Shown here: in pieces, positions 27,076 through 36,524 of the stretch
How the letters are laid out: every line of letters begins with the position of its first letter
How positions within the stretch are numbered: the stretch's first letter is position 1
NCBI GenBank assembly: GCA_948465965.1
Contig: CAOJYR010000004.1
Coordinates: 2,734-66,733 of the forward strand
DNA length: 64,000 bases
Reading direction: 5' to 3'
Source of the DNA: an uncultured Mycoplasmatota bacterium
GTDB lineage: Bacteria > Bacillota_I > Bacilli_A > RF39 > UBA660
The notes under the pieces: generated by a model
What the model saw: only the letters and a program-made list of their open reading frames with translations
Databases searched by the model: none
What the model was told of the DNA's origin: nothing
Translations under genes and position numbers: made by a program

Positions 27076-28743
27076 GTGGTGTTACTAATGATGCAAGTAC
27101 AAAAAGGACAAGTTAAATATCAAGATCGTACAGATATTATATGTGAGTATGGTATTGTTTCTGGAAAACAATATTATTTTATGACTGATGGAAAATTAAG
27201 TAATGGAAATATTATAGCTACTACTGTTTTAGTTGAAGCTATTGATTCTTCTGTTGTTCCAACTTCTGTAGGTGTTATTGATAGTGATGGAAATATAGTT
27301 ATTCCTTTTGAAAACAAAAGAGTTAAACCAATTAATGATCACTATTTGTTAGTGGAGCGAAGTGTACCTAAGTCTGCTTCGGTTCTTGCATCGCAACAGT
27401 CTAAGAATGATCCTATGACTGCGACAAAGTTAGTGACTACATCTGCAACGATTAAGGATTCTTTAACTGCTAAAATGGGTGTTAATGGAAGATTTTTATT
27501 TACCGATCCAACAAGTGAGGCTGCTATTTACGATTTAGAAGGAAAAAATGTTATTGCTGATAATTATTATAGTTTTATAGCTACTAATGACAATACTTTC
27601 TATTTTAGTAAAGATGTTGTTGGTTCTCCTATAGTTGAGTATAATTATAATGAAATGTCTGTTCCAAATACATCGGTTGCTTCTGCTATAGATAGCGTAG
27701 ATCCTGATGTAGTAAATACTCCTTTAGATGTAACTACTGTACAAGTGGATGAATCTCAATTGGAGAGTGCTATTAATGATCAAGCTAACCATGTTGATGA
27801 TTTAGAAAATAGTGAAGCTGCAGATAGCGTTTTACCTGAAGAAGTGGTAGTACAAAATGAGGATCATTCAACAGATGAAGTTGATTTGGAAAAGGAAGAA
27901 AAAGCGGTAGAAGATTTAGATGCTGGGAAAGATAGTTCTACTGATTTAGAAAATACTAAGCCTATAGATGGGGATACTGTTGCTGAAGGAAGCGAAGAGT
28001 CAACTGAGGATTGTTCAGAAGCACAAAAGGAGATTTCAGCTGATAAGAATTCTGCAGTAGAGGAAAAGATTATTATTCCTTCTGTAGAAGAGGAAGATAT
28101 TGTTACTAATAAAGTCGAAGAGAAGAAAGAGGAATCGATAGAAGAGGTTAGTAGTGATGAAGTTTTAAAACAAGTTGAACCAGCTACTGATATATTCGGT
28201 GATAAATATGATATTTTTGGAAAGAAAGATGATGATATGGGTATAGAGGATACTGATAGTAGTGATTTTAAAATAGATTTAAATGATTTTACTAGTAGAA
28301 GTCGATATGATGATTATTTAGATGATAGTTATTACAATGAAGAACACGATGCTAGTCATATAGAAGGAGATTCTATTATTCGTGATGTTGCGACTACTAT
28401 GAAAGAGTTAATAAGACAAAATAAAGAACAACGTGGAAAAATTGGTTCCTTGGAGAGTAAAAATGATAATTTAGAAAGAAAAATTGTTAGTTTTGAAAGT
28501 AGAGTTAAGACTCTTGAAGGTAAGAATCAAACTCTTGAAAATCAGACTCATCAAATGAATGAAAAAATTCATGACCAAGCTGATATTATTGATAAACAAA
28601 ATAGAGAAATTAATTTATTGAGAAATCAATTGAAGGGAAAGAAAGATTTGGCTCGTCTTTTAGAAACAGCGAAGGATGTTTTAGAACAAAGAAGTTATGA
28701 TGATTATGATGAAGATAGAGCCTATAGAAGAAGAGCGGCATAA
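27076..28743 (+). CDS. Hypothetical protein: N-terminal beta-rich domain, ~200-aa highly acidic linker, C-terminal heptad coiled coil
   Basis: The composition is visible in translation (GVIDSDGNIVIPFENK motif, long D/E/S/V tract, LESKNDNLERKIVSFESRVKTLEGKNQTLENQ). The start is uncertain (GTG 27076 or ATG 27088/27091). Confidence 0.5.
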   Translation: MVLLMMQVQKGQVKYQDRTDIICEYGIVSGKQYYFMTDGKLSNGNIIATTVLVEAIDSSVVPTSVGVIDSDGNIVIPFENKRVKPINDHYLLVERSVPKSASVLASQQSKNDPMTATKLVTTSATIKDSLTAKMGVNGRFLFTDPTSEAAIYDLEGKNVIADNYYSFIATNDNTFYFSKDVVGSPIVEYNYNEMSVPNTSVASAIDSVDPDVVNTPLDVTTVQVDESQLESAINDQANHVDDLENSEAADSVLPEEVVVQNEDHSTDEVDLEKEEKAVEDLDAGKDSSTDLENTKPIDGDTVAEGSEESTEDCSEAQKEISADKNSAVEEKIIIPSVEEEDIVTNKVEEKKEESIEEVSSDEVLKQVEPATDIFGDKYDIFGKKDDDMGIEDTDSSDFKIDLNDFTSRSRYDDYLDDSYYNEEHDASHIEGDSIIRDVATTMKELIRQNKEQRGKIGSLESKNDNLERKIVSFESRVKTLEGKNQTLENQTHQMNEKIHDQADIIDKQNREINLLRNQLKGKKDLARLLETAKDVLEQRSYDDYDEDRAYRRRAA

Positions 28744-28744
28744 G

Positions 28745-28766
28745 AAGTGGAGTAATCCACTTTTTT
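28745..28766 (+). terminator. Rho-independent terminator
   Basis: aagtgga-gtaa-tccactt hairpin followed by tttt. Confidence 0.55.
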
Positions 28767-28869
28767 AATTGTTTTAGTGTTTTATTTATGATAAAATAAA
28801 CAGTATTATTTGATGATTGATTTATTATTTGTTAAAAATTTGATATACTATATAGATGGAGATGATTAT

Positions 28870-29634
28870 ATGTTAGAGGTTAAAAATTTATCTGCGAGGG
28901 TAGTTAATTCTGATATAGAAATTTTAAATAATTTATCGTTAAAAATTAATCCAGGTGAAGTTCATGCTATAATGGGACCTAATGGAACTGGAAAAAGTAC
29001 GTTATCTAAAGTTATTATGGGTCACTATAATTATGAAGTGACAAGTGGTGATATATTCATTGATGGAGAATCCATTACAGATTTAGAAGTTAATGAAAGG
29101 GCAAAGCGTGGTTTATTTCTTTGTATGCAAGATCCTACTGTTATAGAGGGGGTTTCTAATAGTGAATTTTTAAGAACTTCTTTAAATGAGATTAGTGGCG
29201 AACATGTTAATTTATATACTTTTATAAAAGATATGGAACAAGCTATGGAAGATGTGTCACTTGATTCTAATATGCTACATAGATCACTTAATGTTGGATT
29301 TAGTGGTGGCGAAAAGAAAAAAAATGAGATTTTACAAATGAAATTTTTAAAACCTAAATATATTATTTTAGATGAGTTAGATTCGGGACTTGATGTTGAT
29401 AGTTTGAAGATTGTTTGTGAAAATATCAATAAGTATTTAAAAGAAAATAAGAATGCATCAGTTCTTATTATTACACATTATCCTCGTATTTTAGAATATA
29501 TTAAACCAGACTATGTTCATATTTTATCGAATGGAAAAATAGAGGCTACTGGTAATATGGATTTGGCCTTACAAATAGAAAAAGATGGTTATAATAGTAT
29601 TAATGTTATGAATGGAAATGATCAAGATGAGTAA
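28870..29634 (+). CDS. sufC: Fe-S cluster assembly ATPase SufC
   Basis: MLEVKNLS start behind GGAGA, Walker A (GPNGTGKST), ABC signature (FSGGEKKK) and ILDELDSGLD. Confidence 0.93.
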   Translation: MLEVKNLSARVVNSDIEILNNLSLKINPGEVHAIMGPNGTGKSTLSKVIMGHYNYEVTSGDIFIDGESITDLEVNERAKRGLFLCMQDPTVIEGVSNSEFLRTSLNEISGEHVNLYTFIKDMEQAMEDVSLDSNMLHRSLNVGFSGGEKKKNEILQMKFLKPKYIILDELDSGLDVDSLKIVCENINKYLKENKNASVLIITHYPRILEYIKPDYVHILSNGKIEATGNMDLALQIEKDGYNSINVMNGNDQDE

Positions 29635-30205
29635 AATATTATACGTAATAGATGATAACGAAAAAAGTGATTATAAATATAATATAAATGAGGATACTAT
29701 TATTTATCATTTTTCGATTAATGGAAGTAGTCATGTAGAAGTTAACTTATGTAGTGAGGGAGTTTCTTTATATTATTACTATAATACAATTAATTATACA
29801 GATAATAAATTTCATATTCTAGTGAATCATGAAAAAGGTAATACACATAGTGAGGTATTTAATCATGGTGTGAATGTTCATCATAATTATTTAACTTTTA
29901 CTGTTGATGGAGTAGTACCCAAGGAAAGTTTTAAGTGTATTTGTAATCAGGATAATCAGATTATAAATATGAAGAATGGAAAAAGTGCAATTCGACCTAA
30001 TTTATTTATAGAAAATTATGATGTTTTAAGTAATCATGCGGCATATATTGGTAAATTTAAGGATGAAGTTTTGTTTTATTTGATGAGTAGAGGGATAAGT
30101 AGAAAGACTGCTTATGAATTGTTACTTAGAAGTTTTTTAATTGATACTGATAGTATTGATTTAAGTAAGATAGATAAATTTATTTTAGAGATTAATAAGA
30201 TATAG
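29627..30205 (+). CDS. sufD: SufD-like protein, unusually short (~192 aa; C-terminal SufB/D core only)
   Basis: Position between sufC and sufS. The C-terminal block AAYIGKFKDEVLFYLMSRGISRKTAYELLLRSF parallels the SufB tail (EDNLFYLMSRGISKERAMELIVLGF). Confidence 0.6.
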   Translation: MSKILYVIDDNEKSDYKYNINEDTIIYHFSINGSSHVEVNLCSEGVSLYYYYNTINYTDNKFHILVNHEKGNTHSEVFNHGVNVHHNYLTFTVDGVVPKESFKCICNQDNQIINMKNGKSAIRPNLFIENYDVLSNHAAYIGKFKDEVLFYLMSRGISRKTAYELLLRSFLIDTDSIDLSKIDKFILEINKI

Positions 30206-30216
30206 GAGGTGATTTT

Positions 30217-31413
30217 ATGCATAGAGAGGACTTTCCAATGCTTAATAGTGATATCGTTTATTTTGACAATGGTGCGACAACTTTAAAACCTAATTGTGTT
30301 GTTCGTAGTATGGTGGATTATTATACTAAGCATACATCCAATATTCATAGGGGAGATTATGATGCAGCAATTACTACTAATAAGCTTTATGATGAGGCAA
30401 GAGAGGTTGTAAGGGATTTTATTAACTGTAATAGTTCGAAAGAAGTTGTCTTTACAAGTGGCACAACAGCATCTATTAATATGGTTGTTTTTGGTTATAT
30501 GAAAAAACATTTAAAAAGAGGTGATGAGATATTACTTACAAAGTCTGAACATGCAAGTAATGTTTTACCTTGGATAAAATTAAGTGAAGAAATTGGAATT
30601 GTTATAAAATATATACCTCTTAATGAAGAATTTGCACTTACTGTTGATAATGTTATAAAATCTATTCATTCGAATACTAAGGTTATTTCAATTGCGCATG
30701 TGACTAATGTGATTGGTGATGTTCGTAATATAGAGGCAATTGGACAAATTTGTAAGGAGAAAGGCATTTTATTTCATGTTGATGGCGCTCAAAGTGTTCC
30801 GCATATGAAAGTTGATTTTAGAAAGTGTAATATTGATTTTTTGAGTTTTTCGGGACATAAAATGTTAGGACCTACAGGAGTTGGTGTATTAGTTGGTAAA
30901 TATAATTTATTAGAAGATATGGATCCTATTTTCTTTGGTGGGGGGATGAATCAATTTTTTGAGGCGGATAATCGTTATGAATTTAAGAATAGTCCAGTAA
31001 AATTTGAAGCAGGAACTCCACCTATTGCTGAGGTGATTGGCCTTAAGCGGGCAATAGAATATTTAATGGATATAGGGATGGATAATATTCACAAGCATGA
31101 AGTTGAATTAAAAAAATATATGGTATCAGAATTAGAAAAGATTCCTAATATTGTTATGTATAATAAAAATTCTGATAGTGGAATTCTTGCCTTTAATATA
31201 ATGGATGTATTTAGTCAGGACACTTCTATTTATTTAAATCATTATAAGATTTATGTTAGGGCTGGAAATCATTGTACTAAGATGTTAAAAGATGAAATAA
31301 ATATAAAAAATACTGTAAGGGTAAGTATGTATTTGTATAATAATAAAAGTGATGTTGATAAGTTAATTCATGTATTAAAACAAAGTAAGGATATTTTTAA
31401 AATTGTAATATAG
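30217..31413 (+). CDS. sufS: Cysteine desulfurase SufS (class V aminotransferase)
   Basis: YFDNGATTLKP, HASNVLPW, the SFSGHKMLGPTG PLP-lysine motif and RAGNHC. Confidence 0.9.
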   Translation: MHREDFPMLNSDIVYFDNGATTLKPNCVVRSMVDYYTKHTSNIHRGDYDAAITTNKLYDEAREVVRDFINCNSSKEVVFTSGTTASINMVVFGYMKKHLKRGDEILLTKSEHASNVLPWIKLSEEIGIVIKYIPLNEEFALTVDNVIKSIHSNTKVISIAHVTNVIGDVRNIEAIGQICKEKGILFHVDGAQSVPHMKVDFRKCNIDFLSFSGHKMLGPTGVGVLVGKYNLLEDMDPIFFGGGMNQFFEADNRYEFKNSPVKFEAGTPPIAEVIGLKRAIEYLMDIGMDNIHKHEVELKKYMVSELEKIPNIVMYNKNSDSGILAFNIMDVFSQDTSIYLNHYKIYVRAGNHCTKMLKDEINIKNTVRVSMYLYNNKSDVDKLIHVLKQSKDIFKIVI

Positions 31414-31425
31414 GTGGTGATATTT

Positions 31426-31854
31426 ATGGATAGTAATTTAAGAAGAGAAATTATTTTAGATAATTATCAGCATCCTATGCATAGAGGATTAGTTTTGGAT
31501 GATAGTTATTTAAAGACGAATTATAACAGTGAAAGTTGTATTGATAATTTGGATCTTATGATGAAAGTAGAAGATGGAATCATTAAAGATATCGTTTTTG
31601 ATGGAGAAGCTTGTGCGATTAGTACTTCTGCTACTTCTATTTTTATTAGAAGTTTAATTGGAAAGAGTGTTAGTGAAGCTAAAAATATTATTCGCAATTA
31701 TCAAAATATGTTGGATGAGGTAGAGTATGATAAAGAGTTGTTAGGCGAATTAGTTGTTTATGATGAAATAAGTCGTCAACCGAATAGAATGAATTGTGCT
31801 TTACTTCCGAGTAGAGCGATTACTAAAATGATTGAGGAGTTAGAAGGAAAATAG
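31426..31854 (+). CDS. sufU: Fe-S scaffold / sulfur acceptor SufU (IscU-like)
   Basis: YQHPMHRG, CIDNL, GEACAIS and NCALLP cysteine motifs. Confidence 0.85.
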   Translation: MDSNLRREIILDNYQHPMHRGLVLDDSYLKTNYNSESCIDNLDLMMKVEDGIIKDIVFDGEACAISTSATSIFIRSLIGKSVSEAKNIIRNYQNMLDEVEYDKELLGELVVYDEISRQPNRMNCALLPSRAITKMIEELEGK

Positions 31855-31875
31855 AAAAGAAACCGTGGTGATTTT

Positions 31876-33189
31876 ATGGAAATAGTAGGAATTAATGAAG
31901 AGAAGGTAAAAGCAATTTCTAAACAAAAAAAAGAGGCTTCTTGGGTTAGAGATTTTCGTGTTGAAAGTTTTAAAAAGTTTTTAAAACTTGGTATGCCAAA
32001 ATTTGGACCTAAAGTTGATTTAGATTTTAATAAAATTATTTATTATAAAAATAACGAAGCTGATGCAAAAATTGAGAGTGATTGGAATAGTGTGCTAAAA
32101 CCGGTTGTTGATGAACTTGATTCTTTAGGTGTACTTGAAAGCGAAAAGCATCTTGGTGGTATGGGCGTTCAATATGAAAGTGAAGTTATTTATCATAATA
32201 TGCTTGAAGAATTAGAAAAGAAAAAAGTAATTTTTACATCTATTGAAGTTGCGATGAGGGAATATCCTGCTCTTGTTAAAAAGTATTTTGGTAAAATTGT
32301 AAGTAATGATGAGAATAAATTTGCTGCTTTAAATGGGGCTGTTTTTAGTGGGGGTAGTTTTATATATATTCCGCCTAATACTAATTTGGATAGACCGCTA
32401 CAGAGTTATTTTCGTATTAATAGCCGTAACATGGGGCAATTTGAAAGAACTTTAATTATTGTTGATGACAACAGTAGTTTGCATTATGTAGAAGGGTGTA
32501 CTGCTCCTACTTATAGTGAGTCTAGTCTACATGCTGCTGTTGTTGAAATATACGTAGGGAAAAATAGTAAATGTCGTTATTCTACTGTTCAGAATTGGGC
32601 TACTAATGTATATAATTTAGTTACAAAGAGAGCTTTAGTAGATGATAATGGTTCTATGGAATGGATCGATGGTAATATTGGTAGTCGAGTTACTATGAAA
32701 TATCCTTGTTGTGTGTTAAAGGGAGATTCTTCTAGTGGTACTTGTATTACTATATCTGTTGCTGCAGGAAGTCAGGAGCAAGATAGTGGAGCTAAGATGA
32801 TTCATCTTGGAAAAAATACTACAAGTAATATTATTTCTAAAAGTATTTCTAGGAGTGGAGGAAATGCTACTTATAGAGGAAAGGTCCATATAGATACTAA
32901 TGCAACTCATAGTACTGCTTTAGTTAAGTGTGATACTTTAATTCTTGATGAATTATCAAAAAGTGATACTATTCCAAGTAATTCTTGTTTTAATGTCAGT
33001 AGTAATATTGAGCATGAGGCGACTGTTTCTAAGATAAGTGAGGATAATTTGTTTTATTTAATGAGTAGAGGAATATCAAAAGAGAGGGCAATGGAATTAA
33101 TTGTTTTAGGATTTTTAGAGAAATTTAGAGAAGAATTACCAATGGAATATGCCGTTGAATTAAATCAATTAATAAAAAGAAATTTATAG
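31876..33189 (+). CDS. sufB: Fe-S cluster assembly protein SufB
   Basis: Typical SufB core (FERTLIIVDDNSSLHYVEGCTAP, GNIGSRVTMKYP, FYLMSRGIS). Confidence 0.93.
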   Translation: MEIVGINEEKVKAISKQKKEASWVRDFRVESFKKFLKLGMPKFGPKVDLDFNKIIYYKNNEADAKIESDWNSVLKPVVDELDSLGVLESEKHLGGMGVQYESEVIYHNMLEELEKKKVIFTSIEVAMREYPALVKKYFGKIVSNDENKFAALNGAVFSGGSFIYIPPNTNLDRPLQSYFRINSRNMGQFERTLIIVDDNSSLHYVEGCTAPTYSESSLHAAVVEIYVGKNSKCRYSTVQNWATNVYNLVTKRALVDDNGSMEWIDGNIGSRVTMKYPCCVLKGDSSSGTCITISVAAGSQEQDSGAKMIHLGKNTTSNIISKSISRSGGNATYRGKVHIDTNATHSTALVKCDTLILDELSKSDTIPSNSCFNVSSNIEHEATVSKISEDNLFYLMSRGISKERAMELIVLGFLEKFREELPMEYAVELNQLIKRNL

Positions 33190-33343
33190 TGAAGTTATTT
33201 TTTTGAGTATAGATTCTGTTTAAAATGAAATTTTCTATTAGGGAATTTCTTTTTTTGTGATTTACTTTTCTTTATTTTTTTAAATTTGATGATTTGCTTT
33301 ATAGGTTTAATTTGTTTATTATGGATGCGAAAGGAGGTGGAAT

Positions 33344-33685
33344 ATGTTAAATCAGGTGGTTCTGGTTGGAAGACTCGTGCAGGACTTACAGATCAATAAA
33401 ACAGAAAATGGTAAAAAGGTAGCTACCATGATGCTTGCTATACCTAGAAGTTTTAAGAATATGGAGGGTAATTATGATACAGATTTTATAAGGTGTATAC
33501 TTTGGGATAGTGTTGCAGAAAACACAAAAGAATACTGTAAGAAGGGAGATATTGTCGGATTAAAGGGGAGAATTCAATCACGCGTTATAGAAAGGGACGA
33601 AAAGAAGGAGACTATTATGGAAGTAATAGGAGAAAAGGTTACATTTTTAACAAATAAAAAAACAGAAAAAATAGAAGCAGAGTGA
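33344..33685 (+). CDS. ssbB: Single-stranded DNA-binding protein, short SsbB-like form lacking the acidic C-terminal tail
   Basis: OB-fold SSB N-terminus (MLNQVVLVGRLVQD...DFIRCILWDSVAEN...KGDIVGLKGRIQSR). 113 aa, ending KKTEKIEAE with no Gly-rich linker or DD(I/L)PF tip. Confidence 0.75.
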   Translation: MLNQVVLVGRLVQDLQINKTENGKKVATMMLAIPRSFKNMEGNYDTDFIRCILWDSVAENTKEYCKKGDIVGLKGRIQSRVIERDEKKETIMEVIGEKVTFLTNKKTEKIEAE

Positions 33686-33709
33686 TCTGCTTTTGTTTTA
33701 GGAGAAAAT

Positions 33710-33832
33710 ATGGATAGGAAACATAGTGAATTTTTAAAAGAATTAAATTTATTTTTATATAAAAAGAGAGTTAGTTTTATATATGTTATTCAAAATGATG
33801 AACTAAATTTAAAACTAACATTTAAGGGGTAA
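33710..33832 (+). CDS. Possible 40-aa micro-ORF coupled to the downstream DUF1016 gene
   Basis: AGGAG RBS 7 nt upstream. The stop lies 1 nt before the GTG start of the next gene. No homology recognised. Confidence 0.3.
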   Translation: MDRKHSEFLKELNLFLYKKRVSFIYVIQNDELNLKLTFKG

Positions 33833-33833
33833 T

Positions 33834-34748
33834 GTGAATTATTATAATGAAATAAAACAGGAATTAATAAATAATACAGTTTATAAAAAAGTAAAAGATT
33901 ATTCAAAGAATAGAAGCGATTTAAGTACTTATTATAATGTTGGTAAATTAATAGTTATGGCACAGGAATCAAGTGGAAGGGGTTTATATGGTAATAAACT
34001 AATCAAGGAATATTCGAAAAGATTGTCGATAGAGTTGGGAAGGGGCTATTCATGGAGAAATTTATATAATATGAAATTATATTATTTATTAATCAGTCAA
34101 AATGAGATTTTGCAGACGATGTCTGCAAAATTAACATGGAGTCATTATTGTGAGTTGTTGAGTTTTGATGATCTAAATAAGACAATCTATTATATAAATA
34201 TCTCTATTAATCAAAATTTAAGCGTTCGTGAATTGAGATGCAAGATAAAAGATAATGAATATGAACGATTAGATGATGACACTAAGATAAAGTTGATAAA
34301 TAATAGTGAAGAGAAAAAGGTGCAAGATTTTATAAAGCATCCAATACTTATAAAAAATAGTTCTAATTACAGCGAAATATCTGAAAAGATATTAAAAAAG
34401 CTTATATTGGAAGATATTGATAATTTTTTAACAGAATTAGGCAAAGGATTTTCTTATATCAAGAATGAATATAAAATAAAATTGGGAGACAGATATAATT
34501 ATATTGATTTATTACTTTATAATATTCATTATAATTGTTATGTAGTTGTAGAACTCAAAGTTGTTGAATTAAAGGCTGAACATATAGGGCAAATACAGAA
34601 ATATATGAATTATATAGATAAGAATATAAAACATTTTAATCAAGAGAAGACGATTGGAATTGTTATTTGTAAGAAGGATAATAAGTTTATTATGGAATAT
34701 TGTAGTGATGAGAGAGTTTTTAGTACAACGTATAGTCTTTATTTTTAG
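33834..34748 (+). CDS. DUF1016 / YhcG-family PDDEXK nuclease-like protein
   Basis: N-terminal YYNVGKLIV...GYSWRNLYNMKLYY...LTWSHYCELL, and a C-terminal PD-(D/E)XK-like block RYNYIDLLLYNIHYNCYVVVELKV..LKAEHIGQIQKYMNY. Confidence 0.75.
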   Translation: MNYYNEIKQELINNTVYKKVKDYSKNRSDLSTYYNVGKLIVMAQESSGRGLYGNKLIKEYSKRLSIELGRGYSWRNLYNMKLYYLLISQNEILQTMSAKLTWSHYCELLSFDDLNKTIYYINISINQNLSVRELRCKIKDNEYERLDDDTKIKLINNSEEKKVQDFIKHPILIKNSSNYSEISEKILKKLILEDIDNFLTELGKGFSYIKNEYKIKLGDRYNYIDLLLYNIHYNCYVVVELKVVELKAEHIGQIQKYMNYIDKNIKHFNQEKTIGIVICKKDNKFIMEYCSDERVFSTTYSLYF

Positions 34749-34855
34749 GTAAATGTATAATTGTTGAAGGATTTTTTCAACTTTTTTTGTGGAAAAACAT
34801 TTTGTATTAAATAGTTTTAAATTATGTTATAATTTATATAGGGTAGGGTGTTATT

Positions 34856-35263
34856 ATGGATGTTAAGATAAGAAATTATTTAGACAGTGATAAGAACTCT
34901 TTAGATGAGTTATTATTAGAGGTTTATAATTCTAAAAGAAGAGGAAATAGTAATTCGAATAATTTAGAATTGGTTGCAAGATATCATAATGAAGTGGTTG
35001 GATATTTAGTTTTTAATAAGATATATGATAGTGTAGGTGATTTTTATTATGGTTATCTTAATTATGTTTGTGTTAAAGAAAAGTACCGTAATATGGGAAT
35101 TGCTTCCTCTATGATTGAAAAGGTATTTGAATTTTGCAGAGAAGATAATATTTCTTATATTGAACTAACCTCAAATAGTAAAAGACTTGCGGCTCATTTT
35201 CTTTATAAAAAGTTGGGCTTTTCTACTCGTGATACTGTTGTTTTTAGAAAGGAGATCTTATGA
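34856..35263 (+). CDS. GNAT-family N-acetyltransferase
   Basis: Acetyl-CoA binding motif VKEKYRNMGIASSMIEKV and YKKLGF. Confidence 0.8.
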   Translation: MDVKIRNYLDSDKNSLDELLLEVYNSKRRGNSNSNNLELVARYHNEVVGYLVFNKIYDSVGDFYYGYLNYVCVKEKYRNMGIASSMIEKVFEFCREDNISYIELTSNSKRLAAHFLYKKLGFSTRDTVVFRKEIL

Positions 35264-36486
35264 TACTAGATATTATTAATAAAAAAAGACTTGGTAAGGA
35301 GTTAAGTTATAAGGAGCTTGATTATTTTTTTAATGGTTATTTGGAAGGTAGAGTAAAAGACTATCAAATGTCATCTTTACTTATGGCTATTTGTATAAAT
35401 GGAATGGAGGATGAAGAAATTTATGCTCTTACTAAAATATTTATAGATAGTGGTGATGTTTTAGATTTGAGTTTTATTCCTGGTATAAAAGTGGATAAGC
35501 ATTCAACTGGTGGAGTTGGTGATAAGACAACATTAATTATAGCTCCTATTGTTTCAAGCCTTGGCGTTCCAGTTGTTAAAATGAGTGGTAGAGGGCTTGG
35601 GTATACTGGTGGTACTATTGACAAGTTGGAAAGTATTCCTGGTTTTCGAATTAATTTAAGTGATGAGGAAGTCATGATGCAAGCACAAGATATTGGTGTT
35701 GTTGTGACAGGTCAAACTGCGAGTCTTGCGCCTATGGATAAACTTATTTATGCCTTACGTGATGTTACTGGTACTGTTTCATCTATTCCTTTAATTGCGA
35801 CGAGTATTATGAGTAAAAAAATTGCTAGTGGTGCTGATAAGATTTTAATTGATATTAAGGTTGGCAAGGGTGCTTTACTACAAACTAAAAAAGATGCTAA
35901 TAAACTTAGTAGTTTAATGAAAAAGATTGGTAGTTTTTATAATCGAGAGGTTAGAACTATTATTAGTGATATGAATGCTCCTTTGGGTAGATGTATTGGT
36001 AATAGTTTGGAGGTTTTAGAAGCTATTGATTTGTTGAAAGGTAAAATAAAAACAGGAAATCTTTACAATTTGTGTATTGATTTAGCTAGTGAAATGGTAT
36101 GTATGGCTAAAGATATTTCTAAGTGGGATGCAGCAGAACTTGTTAGAGAAACGATTGAAAATGGATCTGCTTATAATAAATTTTTAGAATTAGTTAATTC
36201 CCAGAATGGGGATATAAAAGGAATTACTGTAAGTAAGAAAACAAAGAAAATTAGAGCCAAAAAGAGTGGAATACTAGAAAAAATTGATGCACTTGAGCTT
36301 GGTAAGCTTTCAGTAGATTTAGGTGCGGGAAGAAAATCAAAAGAAGATGAAATTGATTATAGTGTTGGAATAAAACTTAACAAGACAGTTGGAGATATTA
36401 TAAATAAGGGAGATGTTTTGTGTACTTTATATTACAATGATTCATATGGCTCTATTGATCTTGATAAGATATTCTCTATCAAATAA
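35260..36486 (+). CDS. pdp: Pyrimidine-nucleoside (thymidine) phosphorylase
   Basis: KHSTGGVGDKTTL, SGRGLGYTGGTIDKLESIPG, IDIKVGKGA. Confidence 0.92.
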   Translation: MILDIINKKRLGKELSYKELDYFFNGYLEGRVKDYQMSSLLMAICINGMEDEEIYALTKIFIDSGDVLDLSFIPGIKVDKHSTGGVGDKTTLIIAPIVSSLGVPVVKMSGRGLGYTGGTIDKLESIPGFRINLSDEEVMMQAQDIGVVVTGQTASLAPMDKLIYALRDVTGTVSSIPLIATSIMSKKIASGADKILIDIKVGKGALLQTKKDANKLSSLMKKIGSFYNREVRTIISDMNAPLGRCIGNSLEVLEAIDLLKGKIKTGNLYNLCIDLASEMVCMAKDISKWDAAELVRETIENGSAYNKFLELVNSQNGDIKGITVSKKTKKIRAKKSGILEKIDALELGKLSVDLGAGRKSKEDEIDYSVGIKLNKTVGDIINKGDVLCTLYYNDSYGSIDLDKIFSIK

Positions 36487-36524
36487 ATATATGATATAAT
36501 AAGCATATAAGGGTAGGTGTTTGG

